Notes: generated by a model not told the origin, from the letters alone. A DNA stretch of 21,145 bases from Fibrobacteria bacterium (GCA_043732185.1 JAYTHY010000122.1:1-21145), one strand, 5' to 3'; shown: positions 6,284 to 15,379, counted from the stretch's first letter. Made by a program: numbers and translations.

Positions 6284-9046
6284 TTAGGCTAAAAGACGAT
6301 TATTTAGATCATCCAGCAGGGGGTCCAAATCCTCCAAAAAAAGCTGACAGGCCTTGCCCAACCCGCCCTTTTCCACAAAGGGGCTGAAATCAAAGTCGTC
6401 GCGGCCCATGTGCATGGAGGTGGCGATATGGTCCTTGATGAAGCGGAGCCATTCCATTTGTTCTTCCGTGAACTTAGGAGCGTTGCCTTTGTGCCGATCC
6501 ATCGTCCAGGCCATAAAATTGCGATTGACCATAGCGTCGAAGGGCGTCAAGGTGGCGTCGATATCAAGGACCCTACGTAAAAGGGAGACCAGGGCCACTA
6601 GCTCATTCTCCGGACGCTGTCCGGCCACTTGCTCCAGCCGTTCGTATGCCTGCCATACGGTGAAGGGCGCGAGGCGTGGTCGTTCCTGGCGGATGGTATC
6701 ACAGAGGTCACGGATCATTTGGTAGGTCAGTTCTCGGCGGCGGTGGGGTTCAGCGTAAAGGATGCCTAGGGCAGTGATCGTATCTCGATGAGCGGCGATA
6801 TAGGTTTTGAAGTCCTGGATCAGAGCCGTCGCCTGCTCCCGAGCCTTGGCATCAAACCCGGCGAACAATACAGTGTCGATATTGATCTTGTCGATCACTT
6901 GTTCGTGCGAGCGCCTGGCATTGTCGATAAATTGGCGTAGGTCGGCATTGTCGAAGACCTTGCAGGCTTCCTGGGACATTTCCGAGTGCGCGGCGATCAA
7001 CTGTTCGCCGGTGGGCAGTTGATTTTCCGTCAATTGAAAGCGTTTACGGGCTTCGTCCACCTGCCTGTCGGGGTTATGCGCGTCGAACAAGGCATGGATG
7101 ACGTCTGGCAAAGTTTTACCCGAGGTTTGTTTCTTGAACGCTGTCCGCTCCTTTTCATCCAGTTGCAGATTCAGTCGCGCTAGGCGATTGGCCAGAGAAG
7201 TCATGGTATCCTCGTCCCGGCTGCCCATCACCACGTTAAGCATCAAATCCTTGAGAGGTACATCGCGCTTGCGCTCCAATGGACGGCTGTCGGTCTTGAC
7301 CGATTTGCACACCCCAACAGCATCGACAATGACGAAGTGAGTCTTATCGGTAGTGGCGCTGGGCGAAACCTTACGCAAATTTTCCAAGTCCTGGATGCGA
7401 GTGCCACGGCCCTTCATCTGTTCAAAGTAATTGCGAGACTTCACGTCCCGCATGAATAGCAACACCTCCAGGGGCCGCACGTCGGTACCAGTCGCGATCA
7501 TGTCCACAGTCACGGCCACACGGGGATAGAACTCGTTCCGGAAGGATTGCAAAACCGTTTTGGGATCGTCTTCATTGCTTGGGTTGCAAGTGACTTTCTT
7601 GCAGAACTCGTTGCCCTCTCCGAATTCCTCGCGCACAATCTGGATAATGTCGTCGGCATGGCTGTCCGTCTTGGCGAAAATCAGAGTCTTGGGCACTTCC
7701 TTACGGTCCGGAAAGATTTCCTGCTGCAGGCGCTCCTTGAGGGTTCGGACGATGTTGCGGATCTGGCTGGGATTGACCACGTCCCGATCCAATTGGGTGC
7801 TGGTGTAGGCCATCTCCTCATCGAGTTGCGCCCAGCGGTTACGGCGTGTCTGACGGCTGCGGTGGTCGACAAACTCTTTGGCCGCAATGCGGCTGCCGCG
7901 CTGCGTGATTTCGGTTTCGATGGTGTACACATCGTATGGAACATTGACGCCATCAGCCACCGCGTCCTCGTGGGAATATTCCGAGACTACATTCTCGTTG
8001 AAGAAGCCGAAGGTACGGGCATCCGGCGTCGCGGTAAGTCCGATCAAGAAGGCGTCGAAATAGTCGAGTACTTGTTTCCAGAGGTTGTAAATGGAGCGGT
8101 GGCATTCATCCACGATCACGATATCGAAGTACTCGGGCGGGTACTTGGCGTTGTAGGCGACGTCACGGGGCTTATCTGATTGGACCTTGGTTTCAAAGAG
8201 GGATTCCTGCTCGGCGCTTTCATCTAGGGCTTCGCCTTTGAGAATCGAATACATGCGTTGGATGGTGCTGATACAAACTTGATTGGATCCACCGATGGTG
8301 CTGGAAGCCAAACGTTGCACGGAATACAGCTCCGTGAACTTGCGGTTGTCGTCGTTGGGTTTGAACATCTGGAACTCCTGTTCCGTCTGTTCACCAAGAT
8401 TTTTGGTGTCGACCAGGAACAGGATGCGTTTGGCCTTGGCGTGCTTGAGCAGGCGATAGACAGATGTGATGGCAGTGAAGGTCTTGCCGCTGCCGGTTGC
8501 CATTTGCACCAGGGCTTTTGGGCGATTGTGGGCCAAGGATTCTTCCAGGCGAGTGATGGCGTTGATCTGACAGGCCCGCAGTCCGACAGGGTCCAGGGCA
8601 GGCATGCCTTTGAGCCGCTTGCGGAAGGTGTCCGGAAGTTCTAGGCGAGACTTAAGCGTCTCGGGCCGGGGAAAAGAGAATATGCCCCGGGCGCGGGGCT
8701 TGGGGTCACGGTTATCCGTATAGCGAGTTTCCACACCGGTGCTTTCGAACACAAAAGGAAGAACGCCATTCTTGACCGTGTATTTCAAGGCGCTGGTTGC
8801 GTAGCGACCGGCTTGAGCCTCGACGGCGGAAAGGGCCACACCTTCTTTTTTGGCTTCAATGATACCAATGGGAACGCGGTCTAGAACCAGAGCGTAATCA
8901 GCGGGACCGGTGTCTGTAGGGTACTCCCGAATGGCAATGCCCGGGGAAGCACCAGGATTGAGGCCCTTCATATCCTGGATAACCCATCCGGCGGCTTCCA
9001 GCATGCGGTCGATGTTCTGGCGAGCCAGTTGTTCGGGAGTTGTCAT
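6284..9046 (-). CDS. hsdR: Type I restriction endonuclease subunit R (EcoEI-type C-terminal domain)
   Basis: Nuclease motif GPADY...IIEAK, helicase motifs QMATGSGKT, DECHR, GLTATP, VDMIATGTD and QMKGRGTR; C-terminal FTEEQMEWLRFIKDHIA...PFVEKGGLGK. Confidence 0.96.
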   Translation of the reverse strand: MTTPEQLARQNIDRMLEAAGWVIQDMKGLNPGASPGIAIREYPTDTGPADYALVLDRVPIGIIEAKKEGVALSAVEAQAGRYATSALKYTVKNGVLPFVFESTGVETRYTDNRDPKPRARGIFSFPRPETLKSRLELPDTFRKRLKGMPALDPVGLRACQINAITRLEESLAHNRPKALVQMATGSGKTFTAITSVYRLLKHAKAKRILFLVDTKNLGEQTEQEFQMFKPNDDNRKFTELYSVQRLASSTIGGSNQVCISTIQRMYSILKGEALDESAEQESLFETKVQSDKPRDVAYNAKYPPEYFDIVIVDECHRSIYNLWKQVLDYFDAFLIGLTATPDARTFGFFNENVVSEYSHEDAVADGVNVPYDVYTIETEITQRGSRIAAKEFVDHRSRQTRRNRWAQLDEEMAYTSTQLDRDVVNPSQIRNIVRTLKERLQQEIFPDRKEVPKTLIFAKTDSHADDIIQIVREEFGEGNEFCKKVTCNPSNEDDPKTVLQSFRNEFYPRVAVTVDMIATGTDVRPLEVLLFMRDVKSRNYFEQMKGRGTRIQDLENLRKVSPSATTDKTHFVIVDAVGVCKSVKTDSRPLERKRDVPLKDLMLNVVMGSRDEDTMTSLANRLARLNLQLDEKERTAFKKQTSGKTLPDVIHALFDAHNPDRQVDEARKRFQLTENQLPTGEQLIAAHSEMSQEACKVFDNADLRQFIDNARRSHEQVIDKINIDTVLFAGFDAKAREQATALIQDFKTYIAAHRDTITALGILYAEPHRRRELTYQMIRDLCDTIRQERPRLAPFTVWQAYERLEQVAGQRPENELVALVSLLRRVLDIDATLTPFDAMVNRNFMAWTMDRHKGNAPKFTEEQMEWLRFIKDHIATSMHMGRDDFDFSPFVEKGGLGKACQLFLEDLDPLLDDLNNRLLA

Positions 9047-9114
9047 TCAGATCTAAAATGTACATCCATCAACAAGGATTTTCCGAATGTCCTGGGATTA
9101 TTCTCTAACGGCCT

Positions 9115-9690
9115 TCAGACTCTTATGGACCCACGGAACGCGCGGGCCGCATAGTAAGATTCCGCGCCATTGTGATAGACGAAAACAGTATCGTAGCGGC
9201 GATCACAAAAAATAGAACCACCCAGTTTCCGGATACCGTCAGGTGTTTTCACCCAGCTAGACGTTTTCACATCGAACTCTCCGATTTTTTGCAACTCGCG
9301 ATATTCTTCTTCCGTCAATATCTCAACACCCATAGCTTCTGCCATATTGATGGCGCTGTCTTTCGGCTTGTTTTCCTTCCTCGCTTCCAGAGCTTGACGG
9401 TCGTAGCAAAGGCTTCTCCGGCCTTTGGGACTTTCTGCAGCGCAATCATAAAAAAGAAATTCTCCGGTTTTTTTGTCCTGGCCGACAACATCCGGCTCAC
9501 CCTCGGTTCTTTCCATTTCAAACAGGGACCACAGCTTTTCAGTTTTGGATTCCAGTCTTGATTGGACTTTGGACCAATCAAGGCCTTTATGGCGAGGCAT
9601 GTTTTTCTCAAATCGGGATTTCAAGGCCCGCAGAAGTTCTTGGCTTTGAACGGGTGACAATTTTTTGGGAGGACTCTTAATCGTGCTCAT
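9115..9690 (-). CDS. DUF4256 family protein
   Basis: RFEKNMPRH, LWSLFEMERTEGEPDVV, ESPKGRRSLCYD and HNGAESYYAARAFRG match the family pattern. Confidence 0.85.
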   Translation of the reverse strand: MSTIKSPPKKLSPVQSQELLRALKSRFEKNMPRHKGLDWSKVQSRLESKTEKLWSLFEMERTEGEPDVVGQDKKTGEFLFYDCAAESPKGRRSLCYDRQALEARKENKPKDSAINMAEAMGVEILTEEEYRELQKIGEFDVKTSSWVKTPDGIRKLGGSIFCDRRYDTVFVYHNGAESYYAARAFRGSIRV

Positions 9691-9817
9691 ATTTTTGTGT
9701 CTCTTTAAAAATGGTTTACCAACTGCGCATCGAAGATAAGTGCTAAAAGAAAAATAGAGAACTTATCGGTGTTCAGCAGGATAAACATTGTCTAATTTTT
9801 GAAAAGGGAGAATAAAA

Positions 9818-10264
9818 ATGGGAACAAATACCGTTCGATTGCATCGGGTTTTCACTGCGAAACCGGAAGGGATTTATAAGGCCTTCCTGGATGCCGATGC
9901 CAAGGTCAAGTGGCTTCCTCCCAATGGCTTCACCGGCAAAGTGCATCACCTGGAGGCCAAGGTTGGCGGCACGTATAAAATGTCCTTCACTAATTTCACC
10001 ACAGGCAAAAGCCATTCCTGGTCCGGTACTTACCTGGAGCTTACGCCGTACGAGCGCATCCGCTATACGGACGCGTTCGAGGATCCCAATCTTCCGGGAG
10101 AAATGCTGATAACCGTCAACCTAAAGAAGGTTTCTGTCGGGACCGAGATTCTGATCGTGCAAGAAGGCATTCCCGACGTCATTCCTACTGAGGCATGTTA
10201 CCTAGGCTGGCAAGAGTCACTCAACCTACTCAAACTGCTGGTGGAAGCCGAAATCCCGGATTAG
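9818..10264 (+). CDS. SRPBCC / AHSA1-like domain protein
   Basis: TVRLHRVF..KWLPPNGFTG..VGGTYKMSFTNF..CYLGWQESL; SD-like GGGAGA upstream. Confidence 0.9.
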   Translation: MGTNTVRLHRVFTAKPEGIYKAFLDADAKVKWLPPNGFTGKVHHLEAKVGGTYKMSFTNFTTGKSHSWSGTYLELTPYERIRYTDAFEDPNLPGEMLITVNLKKVSVGTEILIVQEGIPDVIPTEACYLGWQESLNLLKLLVEAEIPD

Positions 10265-10538
10265 GCTTTCGATTTAGACTCTGGCTTGCGCCCACCGCTT
10301 ACCTGGTTAAAGGGGCTTTACTGCAGATCCGCCGTAAGCGATGAACGCGCAGGATTTGTAGGACCCAAAGTAGGGAGTTCACGGAATGCCTCCTTACTCG
10401 GTGAAATTGGAAAAGTCGTCTGATAAATTAACATGGCTATCGATCCGAGATTCTTTTATCTTCACGGCAAGCTTTCTCCCCAACGGACACAAAAGCCAGC
10501 AATTTAAATCCAGCCGATGAAATCGGGAGGAAAACGAA

Positions 10539-11696
10539 ATGACTATTCCATGCCTTGTCGGCGATTTCCACATAGTGCGCCCTAAATACACCGCCGATCA
10601 CCAGTCTTCGGTAAAGTGGTTGGCTGCCGTCCACGCCAGTTCGGAAGCCAATGTACGCGGAGAAGGCTTCGACGAAGGCGCATTTCGGCGTTCCATGGAA
10701 AGGCATATTACACGTTTCGGTTGCGGGCCGGAAAGCTTGGCCTTCCGCGGTTTCGAACTGGAGGATTTTCTGCACCAGGATTGGGAAAGGATGCGCATCT
10801 TCAATACTGCTAAGCATCCACATGGAGCGGGTATGACCGAACGCATGGAAGTGTTCGCGGAAATCGCGGACAGTAAGCTGGAAGCTTTTTATCCCACGGA
10901 TTTGGTTTCGCCGCCGGAAGAAATTATTCATGTTTCATGCACCGGGTACGTGGCCCCTAGCGCCGTGCAGAAGTTGGTGGTCAAGCGAGGTTGGCAGCAG
11001 CACGTGGGTGTAATCCATGCCTATCATATGGGCTGCTATGCCTCTATGCCTGCCTTGCGTATGGCTTCGGCCTTCATCGCTTCGCCAAGGGTGACGGCTG
11101 CCTCTGGTCGACGCATCGATATTGTACACACGGAGCAATGCAGCCTGCACTTGGATCCCGGCCGACATGTTCCTGAGCAATTGGTTGTGCAAAGTCTTTT
11201 TTCGGACGGGCATATCCGGTACAGCGTTTCGCCGGATGAAGGAGGTAGCGGCCTGCGTCTCTTGGGCTTGAACGAAGAAATCATCCCTGATTCATCCGGC
11301 GCTATAGGTTGGGTATTGGGCGATCATGGCATGAGGATGATGTTGTCGCGCGATGTACCCGATCTTATTGCGGCGAACCTGAAGGATTTTCTCAAACGCC
11401 TTTTCGCCAATGTGGGCGTGGATGGGACAGAAGCCTTGTCCAAGGGACTGTTCGCCATCCATCCCGGTGGGCCGCGCATCATCGACAAGGTTGCACAGAT
11501 TTTGGATTTACAACCCTGGCAGGTTGCGGAAAGTCGTGCGGTCCTGAAAGCTTTTGGAAACATGTCTTCCGCTACGCTGCCACATGTTTGGGCCAATCTA
11601 CTGGCGGACCGTAAAGTGGAATCGGGTACTTTGATCCCGAGCTTGGCTTTTGGCCCAGGCCTCACCGTATTCGGTGCCGTGTTCAGAAAAATCTGA
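10539..11696 (+). CDS. Type III polyketide synthase (chalcone-synthase-like)
   Basis: Intact Cys-His-Asn triad (HMGCYA, AIHPGG, GNMSS), HVSCTG, SLFSDG and AFGPGLT; GGAGG RBS upstream. Confidence 0.93.
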   Translation: MTIPCLVGDFHIVRPKYTADHQSSVKWLAAVHASSEANVRGEGFDEGAFRRSMERHITRFGCGPESLAFRGFELEDFLHQDWERMRIFNTAKHPHGAGMTERMEVFAEIADSKLEAFYPTDLVSPPEEIIHVSCTGYVAPSAVQKLVVKRGWQQHVGVIHAYHMGCYASMPALRMASAFIASPRVTAASGRRIDIVHTEQCSLHLDPGRHVPEQLVVQSLFSDGHIRYSVSPDEGGSGLRLLGLNEEIIPDSSGAIGWVLGDHGMRMMLSRDVPDLIAANLKDFLKRLFANVGVDGTEALSKGLFAIHPGGPRIIDKVAQILDLQPWQVAESRAVLKAFGNMSSATLPHVWANLLADRKVESGTLIPSLAFGPGLTVFGAVFRKI

Positions 11697-11699
11697 TCG

Positions 11700-12176
11700 A
11701 TGTGGTGGTTAGCCCCCATTCCCTTTTTACTGCATGCGCTGGGGATGCTTGTGGACGAGGTTTGGTTCCATCGTCGTCGCGGCTTGCCGGCTTGGGAACG
11801 ATGGGGGCACCCCCTAGACACATGCACCGTGCTTGTCTGCTATGGCCTATTGGTAAGCCTTCCACCCACCCGCAACGTCCTCTGGGTTTACGTTATCGCC
11901 GCCATCTTTTCCAGTTTGTTCATCACCAAGGACGAGTGGATCCACGCCCGTTACTGCCAAGGCGGGGAGTTATGGCTGCACGCTGTGCTCTTCATCGCTC
12001 ATCCCGTCCTCCTGGGCATCGCCGGCATCTGGCGGTTCGTCCCCTTGGCGACTCCGGATCCCGGTCACGTTTTCTTCTCACTTTTTTTCCATGGCCAAAC
12101 TGTCCTCACCGCGGTCTTCTTATTTTATCAACTGTTATATTGGAACGGACCATGGAAACCGACCGAAAAAATTTGA
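11700..12176 (+). CDS. Small integral membrane protein with two D-E-x2-3-H-x7-8-E-x3-H motifs
   Basis: Several hydrophobic segments; DEVWFH..ERWGH and DEWIH..ELWLH; ATG 3 nt after the PKS stop and overlapping the next gene. Confidence 0.8.
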   Translation: MWWLAPIPFLLHALGMLVDEVWFHRRRGLPAWERWGHPLDTCTVLVCYGLLVSLPPTRNVLWVYVIAAIFSSLFITKDEWIHARYCQGGELWLHAVLFIAHPVLLGIAGIWRFVPLATPDPGHVFFSLFFHGQTVLTAVFLFYQLLYWNGPWKPTEKI

Positions 12177-12949
12177 ATCATTCACCAGCCACGGGCCTTA
12201 GCGATCGAGCCACCATCAACAATGGTTTTTACGACGAGTTGGGCGAGCGATGGTATTTAGCCGAGGATAATCCTGTAGCCCTATTGCGGGCAGAAGGCGA
12301 GCTTAAACATCCTTGGGTCATACAGCGTATTAATGAATCGCTAGAGGGGCGCACAGGCCGTATACTGGATATCGGTTGCGGTGCTGGCTTCTTGGTGAAC
12401 CAACTGGGCGTACAAGGCCATCAGTCCATCGGCGTGGATATGTCGCGTGGCAGTCTTAAGGTGGCTAGGGCTAGGGCTTGTGCTGGATCGGGACGTGCGG
12501 CGTATCAAATGGCTGATGCTTATCACCTTCCATTTCGGGAGGCTGTTTTTGATGCCGTGGTTGCCCTCGATTTTCTAGAGCATGTTACAACACCACAACG
12601 GGTGGTCGAGGAAGCGGCGCGTGTCCTCCGACCAGGTGGGCTGTTCTTCTTTCACACCTTTAACCGTAATCTCCTGGCCTGGCTTATCGTCATCAAGGGT
12701 CTGGAATGGTTTGTCATGAATACGCCCAAACACATGCACGTGCTGTCGCTTTTCATCAAGCCTGAAGAATTGCGCGAATATTGCCACAACAGCGGTATGC
12801 AAGTCCTGGAGATGACCGGCATACGCCCAGAAATTGGACGCAGTGCCTTTTGGAAAATGATCGCCACGCATCGAGTACCAGCAGATTTCAAATTCAGATT
12901 CACCCCTTCGCTGGCGATTTCCTACCTGGGATGCGCCCGCAAGGGTTAA
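12152..12949 (+). CDS. UbiG-like SAM-dependent O-methyltransferase
   Basis: ILDIGCGAGFL (motif I), FDAVVALDFLEHV, RVLRPGGLFFFHTFNRN and FIKPEEL resemble UbiG; likely start is the ATG at 12152 (METDRK), not the GTG at 11702. Confidence 0.87.
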   Translation: METDRKNLNHSPATGLSDRATINNGFYDELGERWYLAEDNPVALLRAEGELKHPWVIQRINESLEGRTGRILDIGCGAGFLVNQLGVQGHQSIGVDMSRGSLKVARARACAGSGRAAYQMADAYHLPFREAVFDAVVALDFLEHVTTPQRVVEEAARVLRPGGLFFFHTFNRNLLAWLIVIKGLEWFVMNTPKHMHVLSLFIKPEELREYCHNSGMQVLEMTGIRPEIGRSAFWKMIATHRVPADFKFRFTPSLAISYLGCARKG

Positions 12950-12976
12950 CTCCACCCACTTTAAACGTCTATCCTG

Positions 12977-13438
12977 TTACTTTTTCTTTTTCTTTACTGC
13001 TTTTTTCTTGCCGGCTTTAGATTTAGTCTTGGCCTTAGGCGGTTTTGAGTTCATGGGAATCGCTTGCATAAGACTGGCTCTATTTCCTTCCGTATCGGTA
13101 AAGGAAATGTATTTGCCCACGCCGGGAATATCCATGGGTTCACCCAGTAGTTATCCGCCCGCCTTTTTAACCTTCGCCATCGCTTTCTGGATATTGTCTA
13201 TCGCAATGACAAATGAGGGGTATTGGTGGGGCACATTTACATTTTTCGGATAAAAACCACCATTGATCATGCCGGGCTTTTTAGGCCCTTTCTTACCGGT
13301 TTCGCCTGTTGTGGCCACTACATAGTGCCCCATTTCTGCTCCAAATTTTTCCGTCTTCCAATCGAAAGCGGATTGATAAAATTTGGCCATTCTATCGCGG
13401 TCTTCGTACGGCATTTCAAAATGAACAACTGGATCCAT
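12977..13438 (-). pseudogene. VOC/glyoxalase family gene with in-frame TAA at 13151-13153
   Basis: MDPVVHFEMP...KVKKAGG*LLGEPMDIPGVGKYISFTDTEGNRASLMQ...KKKKK*; the conserved C-terminal VOC motif continues in frame after the stop; GGAG RBS 6 nt before the ATG at 13438. Confidence 0.85.
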
Positions 13439-13478
13439 AAGCATCTCCATGAAAAGTGTGGATAAGAAATAACAATTA

Positions 13479-14282
13479 TCAAGGACTTATGGAGGAGTCC
13501 ATCGGAATGAATTTCCCGCTCATGTCATAAAATGTCGGAGTCATCTGCTGGACTGCCTCTCCTTCCATGCGTGGGACCACCATCCGCAAGGAAGCGCTTC
13601 TATTGATCAGGAGTGATTTTTTGTTCGTGGAGGCGGAGGACATTCTTTCCGCAATCGCGACTATTGGGGTCGCACAAGCGGTGCTGGGGACTCCCGCCGT
13701 ATCCAGTTTGGTCCAATAACTGACAGGCGTGGAGCACGGACCGGAAAATGGATCCACTGGCGCACCGCTGTAATAATTTGTTTTGTTCACTTTGAGTCGA
13801 AGCTCAAAGTGCATGTGTGGTCCGCTGGAATTGCCTGACGTGCCCGATGCCCCGATGCGTGCGCCGCATTGGATGGTATCGCCTTTGGCTGGAATACCTG
13901 TTCCTGCCGTAAAATGACCATAAATGGTGTTGTAATCAGGATTGTGAAACAGAACCACATGATTTCCAAATCCATTGCCATCCAGACTGCCAAGAAAACC
14001 GTCACCGTATCCGTCGGCCCGGTCCTGCACCCAGCCTTTAGCCGCAGCGAAAACGTTGCTATTCCTGGGGACTCCGATATCGGTGCCTCGATGGCCGTCG
14101 TAAGTTCGGGTGCCGCATTTATAATCCGCCAACGTACCCACAGACGAGTTGTTGTCCATGCCGTAATTCACTCTGGTGATGGAATCCGAAACCGGCCAGC
14201 GCATCGACTGCGCTTGAGCGAAAAGCACTCCCGGAAAAATCGCTACCGCTCCACATGCAACTCTAAATAATACGGAGATCAT
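13479..14282 (-). CDS. Secreted M23-family metallopeptidase
   Basis: Zn motifs HRGTD (HxxxD) and PHMHF (HxH), GFGNHVVL, TIYGH; N-terminal signal peptide; start at 14282 supported by ATGA overlap with the upstream gene. Confidence 0.88.
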   Translation of the reverse strand: MISVLFRVACGAVAIFPGVLFAQAQSMRWPVSDSITRVNYGMDNNSSVGTLADYKCGTRTYDGHRGTDIGVPRNSNVFAAAKGWVQDRADGYGDGFLGSLDGNGFGNHVVLFHNPDYNTIYGHFTAGTGIPAKGDTIQCGARIGASGTSGNSSGPHMHFELRLKVNKTNYYSGAPVDPFSGPCSTPVSYWTKLDTAGVPSTACATPIVAIAERMSSASTNKKSLLINRSASLRMVVPRMEGEAVQQMTPTFYDMSGKFIPMDSSISP

Positions 14283-15220
14283 GGCAGCCTCTCGCAAGAA
14301 TAATCGACCATTCCGCCAGCCGTTACCGGATCCTCATCCAAGGCCATCACAGAACCCTTTTCGGTAAGCTGAGGCAGTCGGCCCGGTCCCAACCTTTTGG
14401 CTTTTCCGGAATCGATTTGTAAAAGCCACAAGGCATGCGTGCCATAGCTGGCAGTATAAACAATGGCGCGTCCGTCTTGTACCTAAACCAATTCCTGACC
14501 AAAAACGGGAACGAAGCTTGCATCCATTTTCGTTTTACCCACATTAGTGATTTGGCGATCCGGTTTCCCGGGTGAAGCGATCCAAATTGAGGCTAGGCCC
14601 GTTCGCGCCGAAAGGAAAAGCACATCGTCCGAGCCGGAACCGGAACCGGAACCGGGAACGGGAACGGGAAAAGGTGAGGATGCGGATGGATCTTCGGTAA
14701 CCGTTCGCCACTTGCCGTCCGAAATTTTCTGGCTGACAATTCTACCGACCTCTCCAGGCCTCAAGAATACGGTGCCGGTGGAAAACTGGGTAAAGACAAC
14801 TTGCGTGCCATCCTCCGAAACCCGAGGGTTAGCGGCAGACGAAGCAATGAGCGATTCCGATCCTGAGGTATCTCGGAGTAGCAACGAAAGATTCCGGGTG
14901 AGAAGCAGCATGCGGTCGGCTGGAAGCATTTGGGCAGCGATCAATCCGTTTCGGCGCAAGGGGTGAATTGCACCTTCCTTGTCTACTCGTGCGGCATCGC
15001 AATCAGGTAGGGCAGATGCAGCATCAGAAGGTATGGAAGTCCCATCGCAGACAAGGGCCAAGTCCCTATGCAGTGAAGCCAATCCTGCATGGTGCGCTAT
15101 TCTTTGTAAGGCTGCCGCCGTCCACCGGGGAACAAGAACAGGCTTTTCATTCCCATAGTTTAAAAAGTGAACGGCAAGAATAATCCTCCCTGCTGAAAAT
15201 CCGATTTTGATCATAGCCAT
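14279..15220 (-). pseudogene. TolB/PD40-like beta-propeller protein with in-frame TAG at 14483-14485
   Basis: Propeller-like repeats (NPRVSEDGTQVVF, VLFLSARTGLASIW, RQIT); after the TAG the frame continues VQDGRAIVYTASYGTHALWLL...CERLP to a TGA overlapping the M23 ATG. Start position is uncertain. Confidence 0.65.
14634..14670. repeat. Hexamer tandem repeats (CCGGAA)x3 + (CGGGAA)x3
   Basis: Directly visible; encodes PVPVPGSGSGSG in the TolB-like frame. Confidence 0.8.
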
Positions 15221-15379
15221 CCCGCTTTGAGGAACAGGTAAAATATACGCCGAAAGCTGATGTATGTTCGTCGAAAGTCCAAATATTCTCCACGGAAATA
15301 CGGGAAAAAATGGCCAGTATTTTCTCAATGCCAGGATTATTAATAGAATGTGTCCATCGATCATCCAAGAGTGCGTTCC

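Noticed and set aside
7547..8644. Long plus-strand ORFs antisense to hsdR (210 aa, 128 aa) and similar shadow ORFs elsewhere
   Set aside because: Antisense to well-supported genes with no recognisable motifs; expected from GC-rich codon bias.
9115..9690. DUF4256 as part of the defence operon
   Set aside because: Co-oriented with hsdR, but separated by 68 nt containing a possible hsdR -10 box, and I know of no link between this family and R-M systems.
10265..10538. Possible riboswitch or ncRNA upstream of the PKS (CGCTTAC/GTAAGCG stem)
   Set aside because: Only a 7-bp stem and no recognisable family consensus; an Rfam/Infernal scan would be needed.
11702..12151. N-terminal 150 aa of the 415-aa ORF 11702..12949
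   Set aside because: Arg/Pro-rich, non-protein-like shadow frame overlapping the real membrane gene; methyltransferase homology begins only after the ATG at 12152.
13151..14485. Stop-codon reassignment or programmed readthrough (in-frame TAA and TAG)
   Set aside because: Intact genes in the window terminate with TAA (hsdR, ubiG-like) and TAG (SRPBCC); each internal stop is one substitution from a plausible sense codon, so mutation or error is simpler.
15221..15364. N-terminal extension of ORF 14483..15364
   Set aside because: Spans the probable divergent promoter region and looks non-coding; a start near 15220/15214 is more plausible.
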